DNA of 64,000 bases from assembly GCF_018350175.1 (NCBI RefSeq), contig NC_058368.1, positions 187,986,001 through 188,050,000 of the forward strand, given 5' to 3'. Below the pieces are notes generated by a model that ran no database searches, was not told where the DNA came from, and saw nothing but the letters and a program-made list of their open reading frames with translations. The stretch is from Felis catus. Taxonomy: Eukaryota. Made by a program: the position numbers and the translations under genes. The number at the start of each line of letters is the position of its first letter. Position 1 is the stretch's first letter. This document shows, piece after piece, positions 36,917-50,700 of the stretch.

Positions 36917-37172
36917 TTTTTTTTTTTAAATGTGCCATACATTTTATTTTTTTTTTTAATTTTTTTTTCAACGTTTTATTTATTTTTGGGACAAGGAGAG
37001 ACAGAGCATGAACGGGAGAGAGGCAGAGAGGGAGGGAGACACAGAATCGGAAACAGGCTCCAGGCTCTGAGCCATCAGCCCAGAGCCCCACGCGGGGCTC
37101 GAACTCACAGACCGCGAGATCGTGACCTGGCTGAAGTCGGACGCTTAACCAACTGCGCCACCCAGGCGCCCC
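36917..37172 (-). mobile_element. Young felid Can-SINE (SINEC_Fc-like) with a double tail
   Basis: CpG-rich body. Perfect TSD cctaatgtttatattctt (36899 / 37173). Confidence 0.96.
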
Positions 37173-37277
37173 CCTAATGTTTATATTCTTGATCTAACCC
37201 CTAGGTTATGAAAATAAGTCAGAGATATAAACCACTAAATATTTTTAAGAATTAGATGTTTCTCAGAGTTTCAGTTG

Positions 37278-37311
<34 letters not shown>

Positions 37312-37365
37312 GGGGACACACATACACCCCTTCTGGGAATCAAGTTCCATGATCCAGTGGCTTTT

Positions 37366-37557
37366 ATTTATTTATTTATTTATTTATTTTTTAAGTTTAT
37401 TTATTTTGAGAGAGACAGAGGCAACATGAATCGGGGAGGGTGGAGAGAGGGAGACAGAGAATCCCAAGCAGGGGCTCTGTCCCAGGAAGGGTGAAATTAT
37501 GACCTGAGCTGAAACCAAGAGTCGGATGATTAACCTACTGAGCCACTCAGGCGCCCC
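37366..37557 (-). mobile_element. Older Can-SINE
   Basis: (TTTA)n tail and TSD cagtggctttt. Confidence 0.88.
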
Positions 37558-37585
37558 TTCAGTGGCTTTTAAAATCCAGGGAATA

Positions 37586-37808
37586 GGCGCATCTGGGTGG
37601 CTCAGTCGGTTCAGCTTCCGACTTCGGCTCAGGTCATGATCTCACTGCTCTGCTCGTGGGTTTGAGCCCCTCATTGGGCTCTGTGCTGACAGTGCAGAGC
37701 CTGGAGGTTGCTTCAGATTCTGTCTCCAAGTCTCTCTGCCCTCCCCCACTTATGCCTGTGCTCTCTCCCTCTATCATATAAATAAACATTAAAAAAAATT
37801 TTTTTTTT
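37586..37808 (+). mobile_element. Can-SINE, head-to-head with the previous element
   Basis: TSD aatccagggaata / aatccaggggata. Confidence 0.9.
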
Positions 37809-40655
37809 AATCCAGGGGATAATTCTCTCTGTCCTTAAGCCTTATGGCTACCTCCTGTGTCACTATGTCTTTTCTCTCTCCCTTCCCAAACCTTCTCTCT
37901 GTCTGTCTCTGTCTCTCTCTTTCTCTGTCCCCTGTCTGTTTTCTGAGGAAAGCAGTGAACTTGTAGGGTGGTGGCTGTGGCAGAGGCCAGAAGGGGCCAT
38001 AGTTCAGCGGTTCTCCCTGGCAATCCAGAAGCAGCCAAACACATTTGGCAGGGTCACAGGTACCAGGACAACTGGTTTTGTTGAGTGTGGTCATAGGCAG
38101 AGCCAACAGAGATACCACAGACCAGTCTTGCCCAGGACTTCTCTGCCTGTGCTTTGCCAGCCTTGCCAGGCTGAGCAAGGAGACGGGGAGGGAGCAGGAA
38201 GGGGCGGGGAGCGTTATTAGCTTAATGGCATTGGAGTCAGGAGCTGTTCCAGCCCCTAGTTCTCAGGCATGCCAGACTCTGGCAGGAACATTTCTTTTCA
38301 GGCGCCAGTGTCCCTTGTCCTTATTCTGATATTGGGCCTTTTATGAGTGGACAAGGAAGAGGTGGCCAAACTCCTAAGATGCCTGCTTAGATCAGAGTGA
38401 CAGAGAATGTCCCTGTGGGAGGGGACTTTGAAGATCATGTGATCTAGACTCTTCATTTTAAAGATGAAGGCCCTGGGAGTCTGGAAGCAAAATCTTGACT
38501 CAAATGTCCACCAACAGAGTCAGTCCTGGGTTCTCTTGAAGACCCTAATGGGACAAGTCTGTGGAGGGTTGTGTGTTGGTACTTGACCTTGAAGAGAGGT
38601 GGATAGGGATTTCAGGTCCTTGGAAGGCCATTGGAGGAAACATGTTTTGGGCAGAAATTTTTTTTAAAAATCTGCTTCAATAACAACCCACTTGCTCCAT
38701 GCATGCAGCTGGTTCAAAATAAAGCCAAATATGCCAGTAAGAGAGGCAGAGGAGTCCGGGGGAATAGCCCTGAGAGTCCCAAAAGCTGCCTTTCCGTTCC
38801 AGCTCTCCTACCTCCTTGCTGTGTGACTTTGGGTCAGTGGCTTGATTGGCTGAGCCTTGATTTCCTTTTCAGCTGCATGGAGACAATACAGCCATTGCCC
38901 ATTGGCCTTAAAGGGTTGCTGAGGAGTAAAAAAATGAAAGGAAAGAAATGCAGGCAATTTCTAAATTGCCTCATGCTGTGTAAATAATTATTTGGGACCT
39001 GGACAGAATTCTTCCGTGGAGCTCTTTTATGATCGCAGAAGGGAATTCTTGGATTCTGATGTGCCAGACTCTGAGTTGGGTGTTTTGCCCATGATCTCAC
39101 TGAATACACCCAACAGTCCTGTATCCTTCTGTAGTGGTGACTTGGAGAAATAAGAAGCTTTTCTTGCCCTGTGCCAGGCAGTGCTCTTTGCCCTTGAGAA
39201 TTTTGTCGAGGGGGTGGTTACATTTAAGATCCCAGCGGAGCGAGGCTGATGAGTCTGTTACCCTGAGATGATCACATCGTAAAACAAGAATGGATTTGAC
39301 AGAGGACTTAATGTGCTCTTCAATATGCACTTGGTTTCATATCATATTACGTTTTCAAACCCTGCAAAATAAGGGACTCGTGGTGCCCCTGCCTTGTCTC
39401 CACGCCCTTCCACACCCACATTTACTGAATAATAAATCGTCAGATGTGTCCTTTCTTCCCCAAGCACACACCTTCCATCTGAGTCAGAAGGAACACTTGA
39501 GAATTCCAGGAACACATTTAATCACTTAAAATTGGTCGGAGCCATCAGTCTCTGGGGAACTGATGAACGATCTGGGAATTATGGCGAGCATTCTTGTGGA
39601 AACATGTCGCTGAAAAGATGACTCCTTTCCGGCTCAGGTTTGGTTTCAGATCCAAGGCTTTTAATGTTTTACATTTGTCTCCACTGATCTTGAGTAACTG
39701 AATTGGGAAGTGTTCTCTCTTCTTCCTTTGTCTAGTGGTGCTTGTTTGCTTATTTATTTACTTCGGCTGAAGAATGCCCATTTAAAATGCATTCAATTCT
39801 AGAAAACAGAATTATAAAATCTTAGTAGTGCTTAATCTTCAAGTAACAGGAGTGTCTTTTACTGATTCCACAAATCTTTACTGAGATCCTTCTATGCGCC
39901 AAGCACTGTGTTGGGTGCCGAGACACCAGATTCATGGGTGGACATCCAGCCATCCTTGTGTCCAATCGTCCATTCACTCATTCAATGACTAGTTACTGAG
40001 CACCTGTGGGTATCAGACACTGCACTATGTGAAAGGAACACAGAGTTGCACAAGACAGAAGTGATCCCTGCTTTTATCAATCTTATAGTCTTCTGGGAGC
40101 ATTAAAAAATGGGCTGTGTCTTTTAGAAGCTCATAGCTTGGTGGGTGAGGAAGACACATGTGTAGCACTCACAAACTGTGAACTGTGTCAGGATTTTAGT
40201 GCAGATGTGCAGGAGAGCGCTCTGGAATGCCTGAGGGAGGATGGGGATGACATTAGGGAAGGTTGGGACTGTAACTGCCGAGGGCAAGCTCTGGAAACCC
40301 GAGATCTGAGTTCGAATTCCAGCTTGGCCTCTGGTAGCTATGGGACCTTGGCCTCCCCTTGTCTTGGTGTCCTCTTCTGTGAAACAGAGGTAATAGTGGC
40401 ATCTACCCCAGGGTTGTGAAGCTTCAGCAAGACACTATTGGTAAAGCACTTAGCACTTGCCTGGTGGCACGTCTTCAACCCCCAGAGTCCATTCTGGGCA
40501 CATTCCTAGGAAGGCGAAGGTCCCATTGGTTCTGAGATGTGATGAGTCAGTGAAATGGGTCTCATTGGTCTTAGCTGCCATTCTGGCCTAGAAGGGCAGT
40601 GCCAGGCGGGAGAAAGAGAATTGGGCTTAGGCTGGGCCCATGTGTTGGCCTAGGT

Positions 40656-40932
40656 CAGCATTTCTCAATCATAATCCACATAGACAATGTTTACATGGTG
40701 CTGCAGCAAACAGTGCTGCGAGCACTGTTAAGAGCTATGTGTTTTACATGTACTACAAAGATACTATTTTTTTCCTTTTCTGGTGGTTTGATAATGCTTC
40801 TTTTAAAAATAAATTTATATAGTTTAAAAATCTGGTATAATTAAAAGAAGAGCTTAAGAACAAGCAGAGTGGTGTGAGTGTATGTGGTAAAACCATGCAT
40901 CATACTTGTTTGTGGAGGTTTTGGAAATGCTG
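40656..40932. mobile_element. hAT-Charlie-like MITE
   Basis: Terminal inverted repeats cagcatttctcaa / ttggaaatgctg and an 8-bp TSD gcctaggt / gcctagaa. Confidence 0.6.
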
Positions 40933-40950
40933 GCCTAGAATGAGGCTCTT

Positions 40951-41057
40951 TCTTTTTCTTTTCTTTTAATAGGCTCCACACCCAACGTGGGGGGCTCGAA
41001 CTCACAACCCTGAGATCAAGAGTCAAATGCTCTACCGGTTGAGCCAGCCAGGCATCT
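40951..41057 (-). mobile_element. Short tRNA-Lys-like Can-SINE (head plus A-tail only)
   Basis: Minus strand GCCTGGCTGGCTCAACCGGTAGAGCATTTGACTCTTGATCTCAGGGTTGTGAGTTCGAGCCCCCCACGTTGGG. TSD ctagaatgaggctctt / ctagaataaggttctt. Confidence 0.85.
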
Positions 41058-42034
41058 CTAGAATAAGGTTCTTCATGGTACCAGTTCTCCCATTCCTTGT
41101 CTGCAAAATGGAAGTGACAACATTACCTCTCAGGAAGCGAGAGGGTGACGGGAGATGATGTGTGTGGTGGCACCGGCAGGGGACTTTAGATGAGTGTGCG
41201 TCTTACCTGAGCTGCTGTGTCCCTGCCTCACTCTGGACTGCATTTCCCTCTTGGATTGTCTTCATTGCCCATATCACTATTTAAAATCATCTTGTTTACT
41301 AACCTCCTACATAATTCTGAAATTCCAAATGCCCTGAAAGTGGACCGTTAAAAAAAATACATTGGCACTCGTCAGTTTATTTTTGACATAAACTTGCATC
41401 TTTTGTAGCAAAACTTGACCTGAATTGATGTAAAACGATCTTTCTCCTTAATTTGTCTTTAATTGAGGGACTAATTCATCCAAGGTCACACAGTTAGTAA
41501 GTGGTGGAGCTGGGATTGAAACCCAAGCCTGACCGGTGTCTTTTCTACTGAGCCTGAGCCTGTTAGAGCTTCTCTATTTCCCTTCTCTGAGTTGTCTCCG
41601 CAGATCACCAAGACGGACTAAACTCTTAGCTCTACCTGCTGAGCCCTGTGGCCTGAGCAGAACCTGCAAACACCTGGCACAAGCCCCTTGGGTCACGGAA
41701 GACCCAAGCATGGGGTCTACGTTACCAGCATGGGGTTCTTCTACGGCTTTGTGGTCAATGTGTCAGGCTTGGGAATCCCACGGAGCTGGCTTTAGTCCTG
41801 GCTCTAGTAGCATACACCTCAAAGAAGATAAGCTCCAGGAGACTGTGGTACATACTCAAAAACATGTGTTGGATTAATCAATTTGGTTAATTGATCAAGT
41901 TAAATAATATCTCTAAAGGTCATAGTTCAGTGACTGGAACAAACTAAGCATCTTCAAAGGATAGCTACTATTTTTGGCTCCCTTTGGAACCCAATTTGGG
42001 TTTTAGTATCGCTAACTCAAATTTGTTTTCTTTT

Positions 42035-42088
42035 AAAGACTTTTTAAAAATGTATTTTTATATATATTTTTAGTTTAGAGAGAATGAG

Positions 42089-42135
<47 letters not shown>

Positions 42136-42287
42136 AGGGAGAGAGAGAAAGAATCTTAAGCAGGATCCATGCCCAGCATGGAGCCCATCGTGGAGCTACA
42201 CAGGGCTTGATCCCATGACCCTGGGGTCATGACCTGAGTTGAAATCAAGAGTCTGGCGCTTAACTGACTGAGCCACCCAGGTGCTCC
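42035..42287 (-). mobile_element. Older Can-SINE with (GA)n
   Basis: gaatcttaagcagg ... aaatcaagagtc ... tgagccacccaggtgctcc. Confidence 0.88.
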
Positions 42288-42654
42288 TACTCACTTTTGT
42301 CATCAGAAAAGTCGTCTTGGAGTTTATGATTAAATGAATCTATGAAAGCAAAAGCACAATGTGAACTCTAATGCAGTGTAGAGCTCTAAGGGGTTCTAGA
42401 AATTAAGAGCTTCAGGTTCACGTGTGTAACACATTAAAATGACATTTGCCTTTCTTTTTCTTCAGAAGAAGGATTCAGAAGACCCTCTGGGACTCACTGA
42501 ATGCAGTCCCCCTCTTAGAAGGTGGGTAGGCATAGGGCATTCTGTACTCACTGAGGGTGGGTATACTTAGAAGGACAGGTGCAGAGTGGGTTGTTGCATG
42601 ATCCAAGGGGAATGAGTTGAAAGAGACCTTCTTAACTTGGGGATTACTGAAGGT

Positions 42655-43215
42655 GACTGGGGCAGAAACTATTTTCCCAAGATGGCCACATCAGTATATC
42701 TCCCATTCCACAAGCTTGTCTTACAATGTGACATGGATACTCCTGCATGAAGAGATGGGGTCTCTGTTCCCTCTTCATGAAACAGGATGGATCTTTGTAA
42801 CTTCCTTGCCCAACAGGATGTGGTGGAAGTGATACCATGTGACTTCCAAGTTTAGACTGTAGAAGGCAATACGACCTGGCTCTTGGAACCCAGCCACCAT
42901 GTTGAAGAAAGCCTGAGCCATGGAGCAGCCACGAGTGGGACTATTTAAGTCAATGGCCCCAGCTAGACCCCAGCCTACAGCCAGCTTCTATCACCCAACA
43001 TTTGAGTGAATGAGCCCTCAGGTGAGTGCGACCTCCAGTCTTTGAGTTTTCTAGCTGAGGCCCCAAACACTGAGAAGCAGAAATAAACCATTCCTACTGT
43101 GCCTTGACTTGATTCTTGATCCTGGAAACCATGAGAGGCAATAAATAATTATTGTTGTTTTAAGTCTTGAAGTTTTGAGGTGATTTATTATGCAGTAGTA
43201 GATGACTAATTAAAT
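42655..43215 (+). mobile_element. MaLR (MLT1-type) solo LTR
   Basis: aagatggccaca; ggaagtgataccatgtgacttcc; ggaacccagccaccatgttg; aataaataattattgttgttttaag ... gtagatgactaat. Confidence 0.75.
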
Positions 43216-44319
43216 AGACGATGATTTAGAATAGGAGGGGCAGGGCAAGTATACTACCCTTCAGAAATCCTTGGCTCATATTGCAAGGAGGTTGGAGGTT
43301 CCAAAACTGCAAAGGGGGAGAGGTCAATCATTTCTGACTGTAGTTGGTTTGGGAGAGGGCAGGAGATGCACTAGAGATAAACACTTCCTGGATGGAATGT
43401 TTTTGTGGGAGAGGCAGGAAGATGACCCTGACTCTGCCATTGAGTTTTGTCCCAGAGACAAGGAACTCTTCCACAAGATCATCATGGCTGAAGATAGTAT
43501 GTTCTTACACCTCTGGATGCTGGAGGCTGGAAGCATAGCCCAGCTCCTCAGGACTTCTGGAGAGTTTTATGCCAGAGCCTACTTACCTGCCATTGCCTAT
43601 TTCTCTTGGATATTGTAGGAGATAAAATTCCCTAAAACCCTTGGACAATGATAAGTGTTGGACTCAAGATATAAATTCTCTGGTCAGAAAACAATGAAGG
43701 AGTTTATGCTAGCCAGGATTCTTGGTTGCAAGCAATAGACAATTATTCTAGGTGGCTGAAGCAGAAAATGAAATTATTGAAGAAATTTGGTTAGTTCTCA
43801 GAATGCCTAGCAAGGGTAGGAAATAAAGGCCAGATCACATGACAGAATGAGTTCAGTAAAGGCACAGTTCCATAGCCACTAGAACTTGGATGTTACTGTA
43901 CCGCAGATGCAACCACTGGCTACTATTATAGACCTTGGAAATTCGATATAGCTACTTCTTCATCAGGATGAAACCTCCCTGTCTCTACTTTGGGTTACTG
44001 GCACTCAATTCCAAGTCCAAGAGCAGATGTACCTGATTGGAGGATCCTGTGTCATGTGCCACCTTTTAGCTGCAGGGGAAGCTGGGAAATCAAGGATCTA
44101 GAGTTTCATCTTTGTACAATGGAGAATTCCCCCCATGGAGAACAAGGCTTCAGGTACTGGGCAGACAAACAATTATAAATGCCCAGCACCGGGTTCTAAG
44201 CCTTGTCGTTATTGAGGATACAGCAGTGTGTCAGTTTGTGTTTGTGGGGGAGAAGGAGAACACACTTTGAATTTGAAAACTATGGGGAAGTTGCTGGCAA
44301 GATCCTTACATTTAGAAGA

Positions 44320-44888
44320 TGTGATGTACTGGTTATCTGATTGCTTATTATCAGCACCATTCTTGCACTTCAGTGTTCTACTGTGCATCACAGGGCCTGG
44401 ACCCCTGCAAACCATGGATCCCAGTCTCCCTTGGTAGGTTTGGCCAATGCAAAGCACTGGTAGGAAGCTGGAAGGTGGAAGGAGGTGGGAAGGCACGTTC
44501 TCTATCTCTTGCCATTTCCTGTGGGATCTTCTGGGGTGACTGCACCTCTAACAGTTCAGCTACAATAGTTCAGCACTGGTCTGGGAGAGTCCTCCTTGTT
44601 GGTTCAGTACAGCCCCAGTAGACCCTCCTTGGTGCTTTATCACCCTTTCTGGCACCTCCAGTGGTATAGTCCTAAGTACATTCTTGGACTTGGATGATAA
44701 CACATTATCATGTCTGTCCCTCTGAGAAGTAGCTGCTTTCTGTGACTCCTAGTCTCTGGCTAACCTCCCTTTCCTTTTTTTGTTCTTTTAGCACTTCCAA
44801 CACTTTGTAACTAGTTCCTTGGATTAAATCCCTTGTGTTTGAAATACTAATGTGCTTCCTGTTTCCTGACTGGACTCTGACTGATACA
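44320..44888 (+). mobile_element. ERVL LTR (LTR33-like)
   Basis: Begins tgtgatg, contains attaaatccctt, and ends tgtttcctgactggactctgactgataca. Confidence 0.65.
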
Positions 44889-47800
44889 TATGGTAATTTG
44901 GTAAGAACAATATGCCTGACATTTATAATATTCTCAATATCAAAGAGCTTCAATGTTTGGAATGCTGCCATTTCTTGCCTTTTCCATCTGGTAAACTCAT
45001 ATGCACTGTTCAAAACTTTGTTCAGACTTTAGCTCTCCAGGAAGGCTTCCATGATATTATCCCCACCCTCTGCCCCCTAAGCTTCAAGGGGCCAAATACA
45101 GCACCATGCACTCTTAGGCAGGTGTGTGACAGTAGGTTTGTTGATGTTTACAGTGACAATCATGAAGATTGGAAGTGCATGTTTGCAGGACAATGCTTCA
45201 ATAGCTTTCCTTAGGCAAGAGTGCTGATCTTTAAGTCTGGAATTCTGGTCTGGATTCCATTAGTAGCTAGCTGTGCAACCTTGGGGGAAGTCAGTTGACT
45301 TCTCTGGGCGGCAGTTTCCTCTCCTAAAATATGATTGGATTCAATCAGGAGGGTGATTTCTAAACTTTGTGTGTGTGTAAGTTTTAAGTAAAATTATGTG
45401 GAAGCCAAATATGGAAAACAGAAATAAATGCTCTGATTGATTAGGGGTGGGCATTTCCAGTGCTCCTGTGTCCTCAAACCTTTGGTAGTGTCTCACCACA
45501 CCTCTAGGGTTCCATGGAGCAAAATTATAATTGTGCATTAGATCACCTTTTCTATATATTTTAGCTTTACACATCCAGGCACAACAAGTAGGTGAACTGA
45601 AGCCAATTAAATATGATGCTCCTGCATTGCTTATATGATAGTCTGCACATGGCTTTACTTCTACCAATAGATGTAGAGAACCTGAGTACAAATCTTTCCT
45701 AAAATCATGTCAGATAAGACATATATATTTTGGCCAAGGGAAAACCATACAAGACTCAATGGCAAATGGAAATAGAATCCTGAGGAGATATTTTAATACG
45801 GATGGTCCAAATCTTTTCACCATGAACCTGATAAGATAATTGCCATAGCTTTGAATACTGAGGCTCAGTTACCTTGTAACCAACATTCCCTCTTGAAACT
45901 AACCATATCTATGTTGGTTCACCTTTTCCAATGCTGTATGTAGCCTGACTAATTAGCTCTACTGAGATGAGGTGGGTTTCAACCATTAACACAGCTTGAC
46001 ACGTTAAGAAATCATCTTTGTAGCCAGCCACACTAGAGACAGTTGGTTGTTTAGGTAAAGCTCAAGTGCACTGATTTGTGCTTTCCTTATGGAAGGAAAA
46101 AATGTAGGGGCATGGGGCAGAATAGAAGCAGAAAGTGTCTCTGAATAAGTCTGGGGTCTATCTGGAGTTGTCCTTAAGAAGGAAACTTTGACCATGAGAA
46201 TTAACACATGTTCTCTATTCAATTTTTCATCATTACCATCATTATCTTTATAGCCAAAATCATTATCTTCAAAGCATTGAACATTTACTGTGTGTCAGGA
46301 ATAATATGCAGCACTTCTAATTCTTACAACCATCTTACCCTTGTTATTAATAGATGAGAAAACTGAGGTTTTGGAAAGTTTTATTACTCACTTTTTTTGC
46401 ATTTGTCAGCTAACAAGTAACTAAACTTGGAGTCAAACCCACATCTGCTTAATTACAAGATCATCCTCATAAATGACATCCTACTACCTTCTCACTTCCT
46501 GAACACAACGCAAGGGTGGGCTCCTCACTCCTGTTTGTCTTATTGGCATGATGACATTGCCATCATTAGTCTGTCCCCTTACTCAAAGACATAACAAGGC
46601 CTGTGTGGCCCCTATGGTAAAGCTCCTGGTGACTTCCTTTAGCTTGAAGCAGCTTCAAGTGTTTGCCATCCTCCCATGCCTGCAACTGCTGGATACTGTT
46701 GAGCTATCACCTGGCTTGGGGGACCCACTGAATCAAGACTGAAACCAATTAACATAGGAAACCTGCCAACTCATCCTCCACACCCCCAGCAGACAGCCTA
46801 ATTTCCTTGCTGATGAGAACTTCTCACTGCAATGATCTTGCCCCAGCCATGGGGGATTTTCCAGAAGAATCACATGTCTCTCTTCAATGGCTGCAAAAAG
46901 TCAATTAGTGACTGAAAAGGCAGAAATGAAGAAAAATGTGGAAAGGAGATGAGCATAAAGAGCCAGAGAATGTGGCCAATGATTAGAGAGAAGTGTCAGT
47001 CATTTAAACCAGACTGCAGGTCCCATGAGAAGGGATGTCTTGGTTAAATGGTGGTAGGAGAGACCACACTAGCTTCTGATCTCTGAAATCATCACTGTCA
47101 TATGAGCATTGAAGAAGCACCGGATGTCACTTTCAATCCCTGAATGATACTGACATTTGGTACTTTGGAACAAGTTTTTTCCCTTTTCTGAATTGTATAG
47201 CATGGAGATTAAAAGTGTAGGCCTTGGGGTTGAACAGCTTAAATTCTGAATCTAGTCTCCATCACTTACCAACTGATTTGAACACATTATTTAATCTCTG
47301 CAAGACTTCATTTTCTTAACTATAGAATGAGAGGATGATAATATTTATCTCACCGAGTTGCCACAAGGATTAACGGAAATAATTCTTGCAGGGTACTAAG
47401 CACAGTGACTGGCACATGGTAAGCATTCTCTAACTTGAGATGTTTTGGGCTGTAATTGAACTTCCAGCTCAGAGTGGCTTTAAAAGAAAGTGTGACAGCT
47501 CATGTAACCAGAAGTTTGGGGAGAGAATGTCTTCAAAGTTGGTTAAATTAGTTCTTCAGTGATGTCCTCAAGAACGTGGTTCCTTTCATATTTCTGTTTT
47601 ATGATCCTAAATTTTGGCTCCACGATCAAGCTGGCAATAGAACGGGCACTATCTAGATGTGTCAGTGAACTGTGACTCTATTTGAAACAAAATTTTTTTC
47701 CCAATCCCATCAGCGAACTTCTGTTTATGTTTCATTGGCCAGAATTGGGTCACATGCCTGTCCTGACTAATTATTGTAAGAAACAATTAACCGATGGCAT

Positions 47801-50655
47801 CACCTGGGAGTTAAGGAGTGTAGTCTGGAGTATAGAAGCTGCAAGGAGGGAAGTTGGAGGGCTGAACAAAATTGAGGTTGTTTTAGGAAAGAAGAAGGGA
47901 AATATAGATGCTGGCTAGGCATCTGACTGAAATTTCTACAATCAATACAGTTCACTGTTATTTTTATTATTACTGTCTTTCCCATCAGTTTCTGCTTTGG
48001 ATTATACTGGCTAGCTATCCCAGTCTCTTTTGTGTTCTGAAAGTCATGACTCCGATCTTACTCAGCATTGTCAGTGTGTGCTGTGCTAAGTTTTGGTCTC
48101 TGCCTCTTCTGATGACAGGGCAACTGAAATGTAGTATTTCTGCTTCCAACTTTCATTCTCCAGCCAGAAACACCTCAAGCCAAACACTCCAGGTATACAG
48201 AGCTACTACGAATGAGCCAAAGGAAATTGATTTCAAGATCCCAGCATCTGTCACTCATAACAGTAAGTTGTGTAACTGAGCTGACGATTCAGTTGCTTAT
48301 GTGCCAAAGCATCTGTCTTTTTCTACTTTAGGAACATGCCTGGGAATCCTTCCTCTCCTTAACATGGCAAGCCCACCTCAAATACTATTCTGGATTGAAG
48401 GGTGGCAGATTTGAATATTTCTAGTGGTCACAAATTGTATGGCTAACACATTTTTCTTTCTTTTTTAAAGAAGGACCCATGTGGATGGCTTCGTGAAAAA
48501 TTATTCCCATTTTGGAGAAACAACCCAAAACATAATGACTTATCATTTGGCGGTTGGGAAAATATTCCTCAGTTATATGGCATAACAAATTTTTTTTTAG
48601 CTCCTTCACCCCAAAGCACAGTTTAGTTCCACATGCGTAATTGAATTTCTTTCTTTTTAATTTAATTTATTCTTGACTTTTGGTCACAAAGAAGGCCACT
48701 TGTTGAATGGATGGCATAGACCATTTCTGTGTTATGAGTGGTCAGTTCAATCAACCATCATCAACCCCTCATCTGCTAGTCAATTGGCCTAAGTCAACCA
48801 GAAAATGATGTGCTTAGTTCTGAAGGTAGCCATGGGTTTATTGCCTCATAGTTTAGATTACATTTTTCCTCCAAGGGTCAGATCAGACCTTGGTCTCTGA
48901 TGTCATAAACTCCCAGGAAAATGGCAGAAATTCAGTACCATGGGAGCACTTTCAATGATCAGCCAGAATGTCTCCAGGATCTGGCAGAGTGAATTATGGT
49001 TCATTGAGTAAGATGTTCATCACCCTCTTCTTAGAAATAAATTCCCTTTGCTTCATCAAGGAATCATGAACCCTTAGAGCTAGAAACGACTTTGGAGGTT
49101 ATGTGTTTAAGTGTTTTTGCCGCAAAGTCCATAGGGTGGGTCTAATTTGTGTCTGTGGCAGGGACTCTGATGCAGAGACTCTGTTTGTGTAAAGTCCCCA
49201 TTGGCCTTCTTGGAGAGCCAGTGAAGCAGTATGTTGGAGCTGACTGTTGTCTGTAGGCTAAAATTCTTGAAATGAGATGGAGAACAAGGATTCTAAGTTT
49301 GAGTCCAGTTTTTGAATGGCCTGTCAAAGAAAGGGGATAATTTTGGATGCTATACATTTGACATCTTTCCCTCTATCTTGTTCCCAGGAAACCTCCCCCA
49401 AGTTCCTAGAAGAGAAGACATGGTAAGAAATTATACATGTGAGTCAAATAAAAGAATCATAACCCTATGCTACAGGATGCTGAGAACATAAGGAGACTTG
49501 GCTTCAGAGTCTGATAAGAGTTTGCTCTTATGATTTTGGGGTGGTAGAAGCATGATGAGAATCAGATCTGGAAAAGGGGAGAAAGACCACAGCCATTTGT
49601 GAGCTAGAGAGTCTGTGACTTCTGGATCAATGCTATCTAAGACTTGGCTCAAGGAGAGCAGTAAGTATAATGGCCCAGAGAGCCTGGAACCAGCAGCTGC
49701 ACAAGAGAACCTCAGTGGTCACTAAGGAGGTGGTCATGTGAACTGACCTTATCTTTGTGTCTCCCTTTTCCAGGACTTCACATGTTGGGAAGATTGATTG
49801 ACCTTCATTCATTCCAGCCATGGTGCCTTGACTTTGTTGCTTGGAGAACTCTTCAATGGTCTCATTCAGTCTCTCTTACAAGCTAGTTAGAGTTGGGTTC
49901 TGTTGATTGCAATTAAATTACCCTAACTGTTACAGGGTCCCTTTATGAATTAGCTAATTGCAAAATAGACAGACACCAGAGGAGTGAGTTTGGCCATTTA
50001 GGGGGCTTGAGCCCTGAAGCTATGAGTCCATCACTGTTCTGCTACTTGAACACTGCCAAGCACAGCTGTATGTTTGGGCTGTTGGGCAATGGAAATGTGT
50101 CAGGAATGAATGGTTGGCACTTAGCTGCAGGTGGAAGACACAGATGGTTAGCTGTCATGATACTTATCCTTGTCAAAAATCATCGCTCTCCTTCTTGTCT
50201 CAATATGAGCCATGCCAACAGAAAGAGGGCTCTGGGAGTCAGCACAGCTAGGAACTAGCCCAACTCAAGTTCTACCCGGCCATGTGACAATGAGCCAGTC
50301 ATTCCACCTCTCTGTAGTCATTTTCTTCACCTATGAAAGAGTGAAATAACATACAGAAACCCAACATATCATACTAAGAACAGCAGAATAGCTCTGGTTG
50401 CCAGAAGTGGGCCAGGTGGTGGTAGTGGTGGTGGAAATCTGACCACTCAATCTTTCCTGTTACTTCTTTTTTGTTGTTTGTTTTTGAAGTACTTCTGGGG
50501 AACTGTAGAGGTCTGAGGAACATAGTTTGATGACCAGATTGCTAAGTGATCTCTAAGGAACTTTCCAATCTACCGTTCAGTCAATTTTAATTTTTTTCTA
50601 ACAAAACAGTCACATTCCCCTTTCTTCCAGTCTTCTGCTAACCATAGCCCTCATC

Positions 50656-50700
<45 letters not shown>

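Noticed and set aside
37950..39750. Possible enhancer or lncRNA exons in a relatively repeat-poor stretch (GC box near 38201)
   Set aside because: Only isolated short motifs are present, which cannot be supported without conservation or expression data.
40975..41055. Functional tRNA-Lys gene
   Set aside because: The stems are mismatched, the TSD and A-tail indicate retroposition, and no T-run terminator follows.
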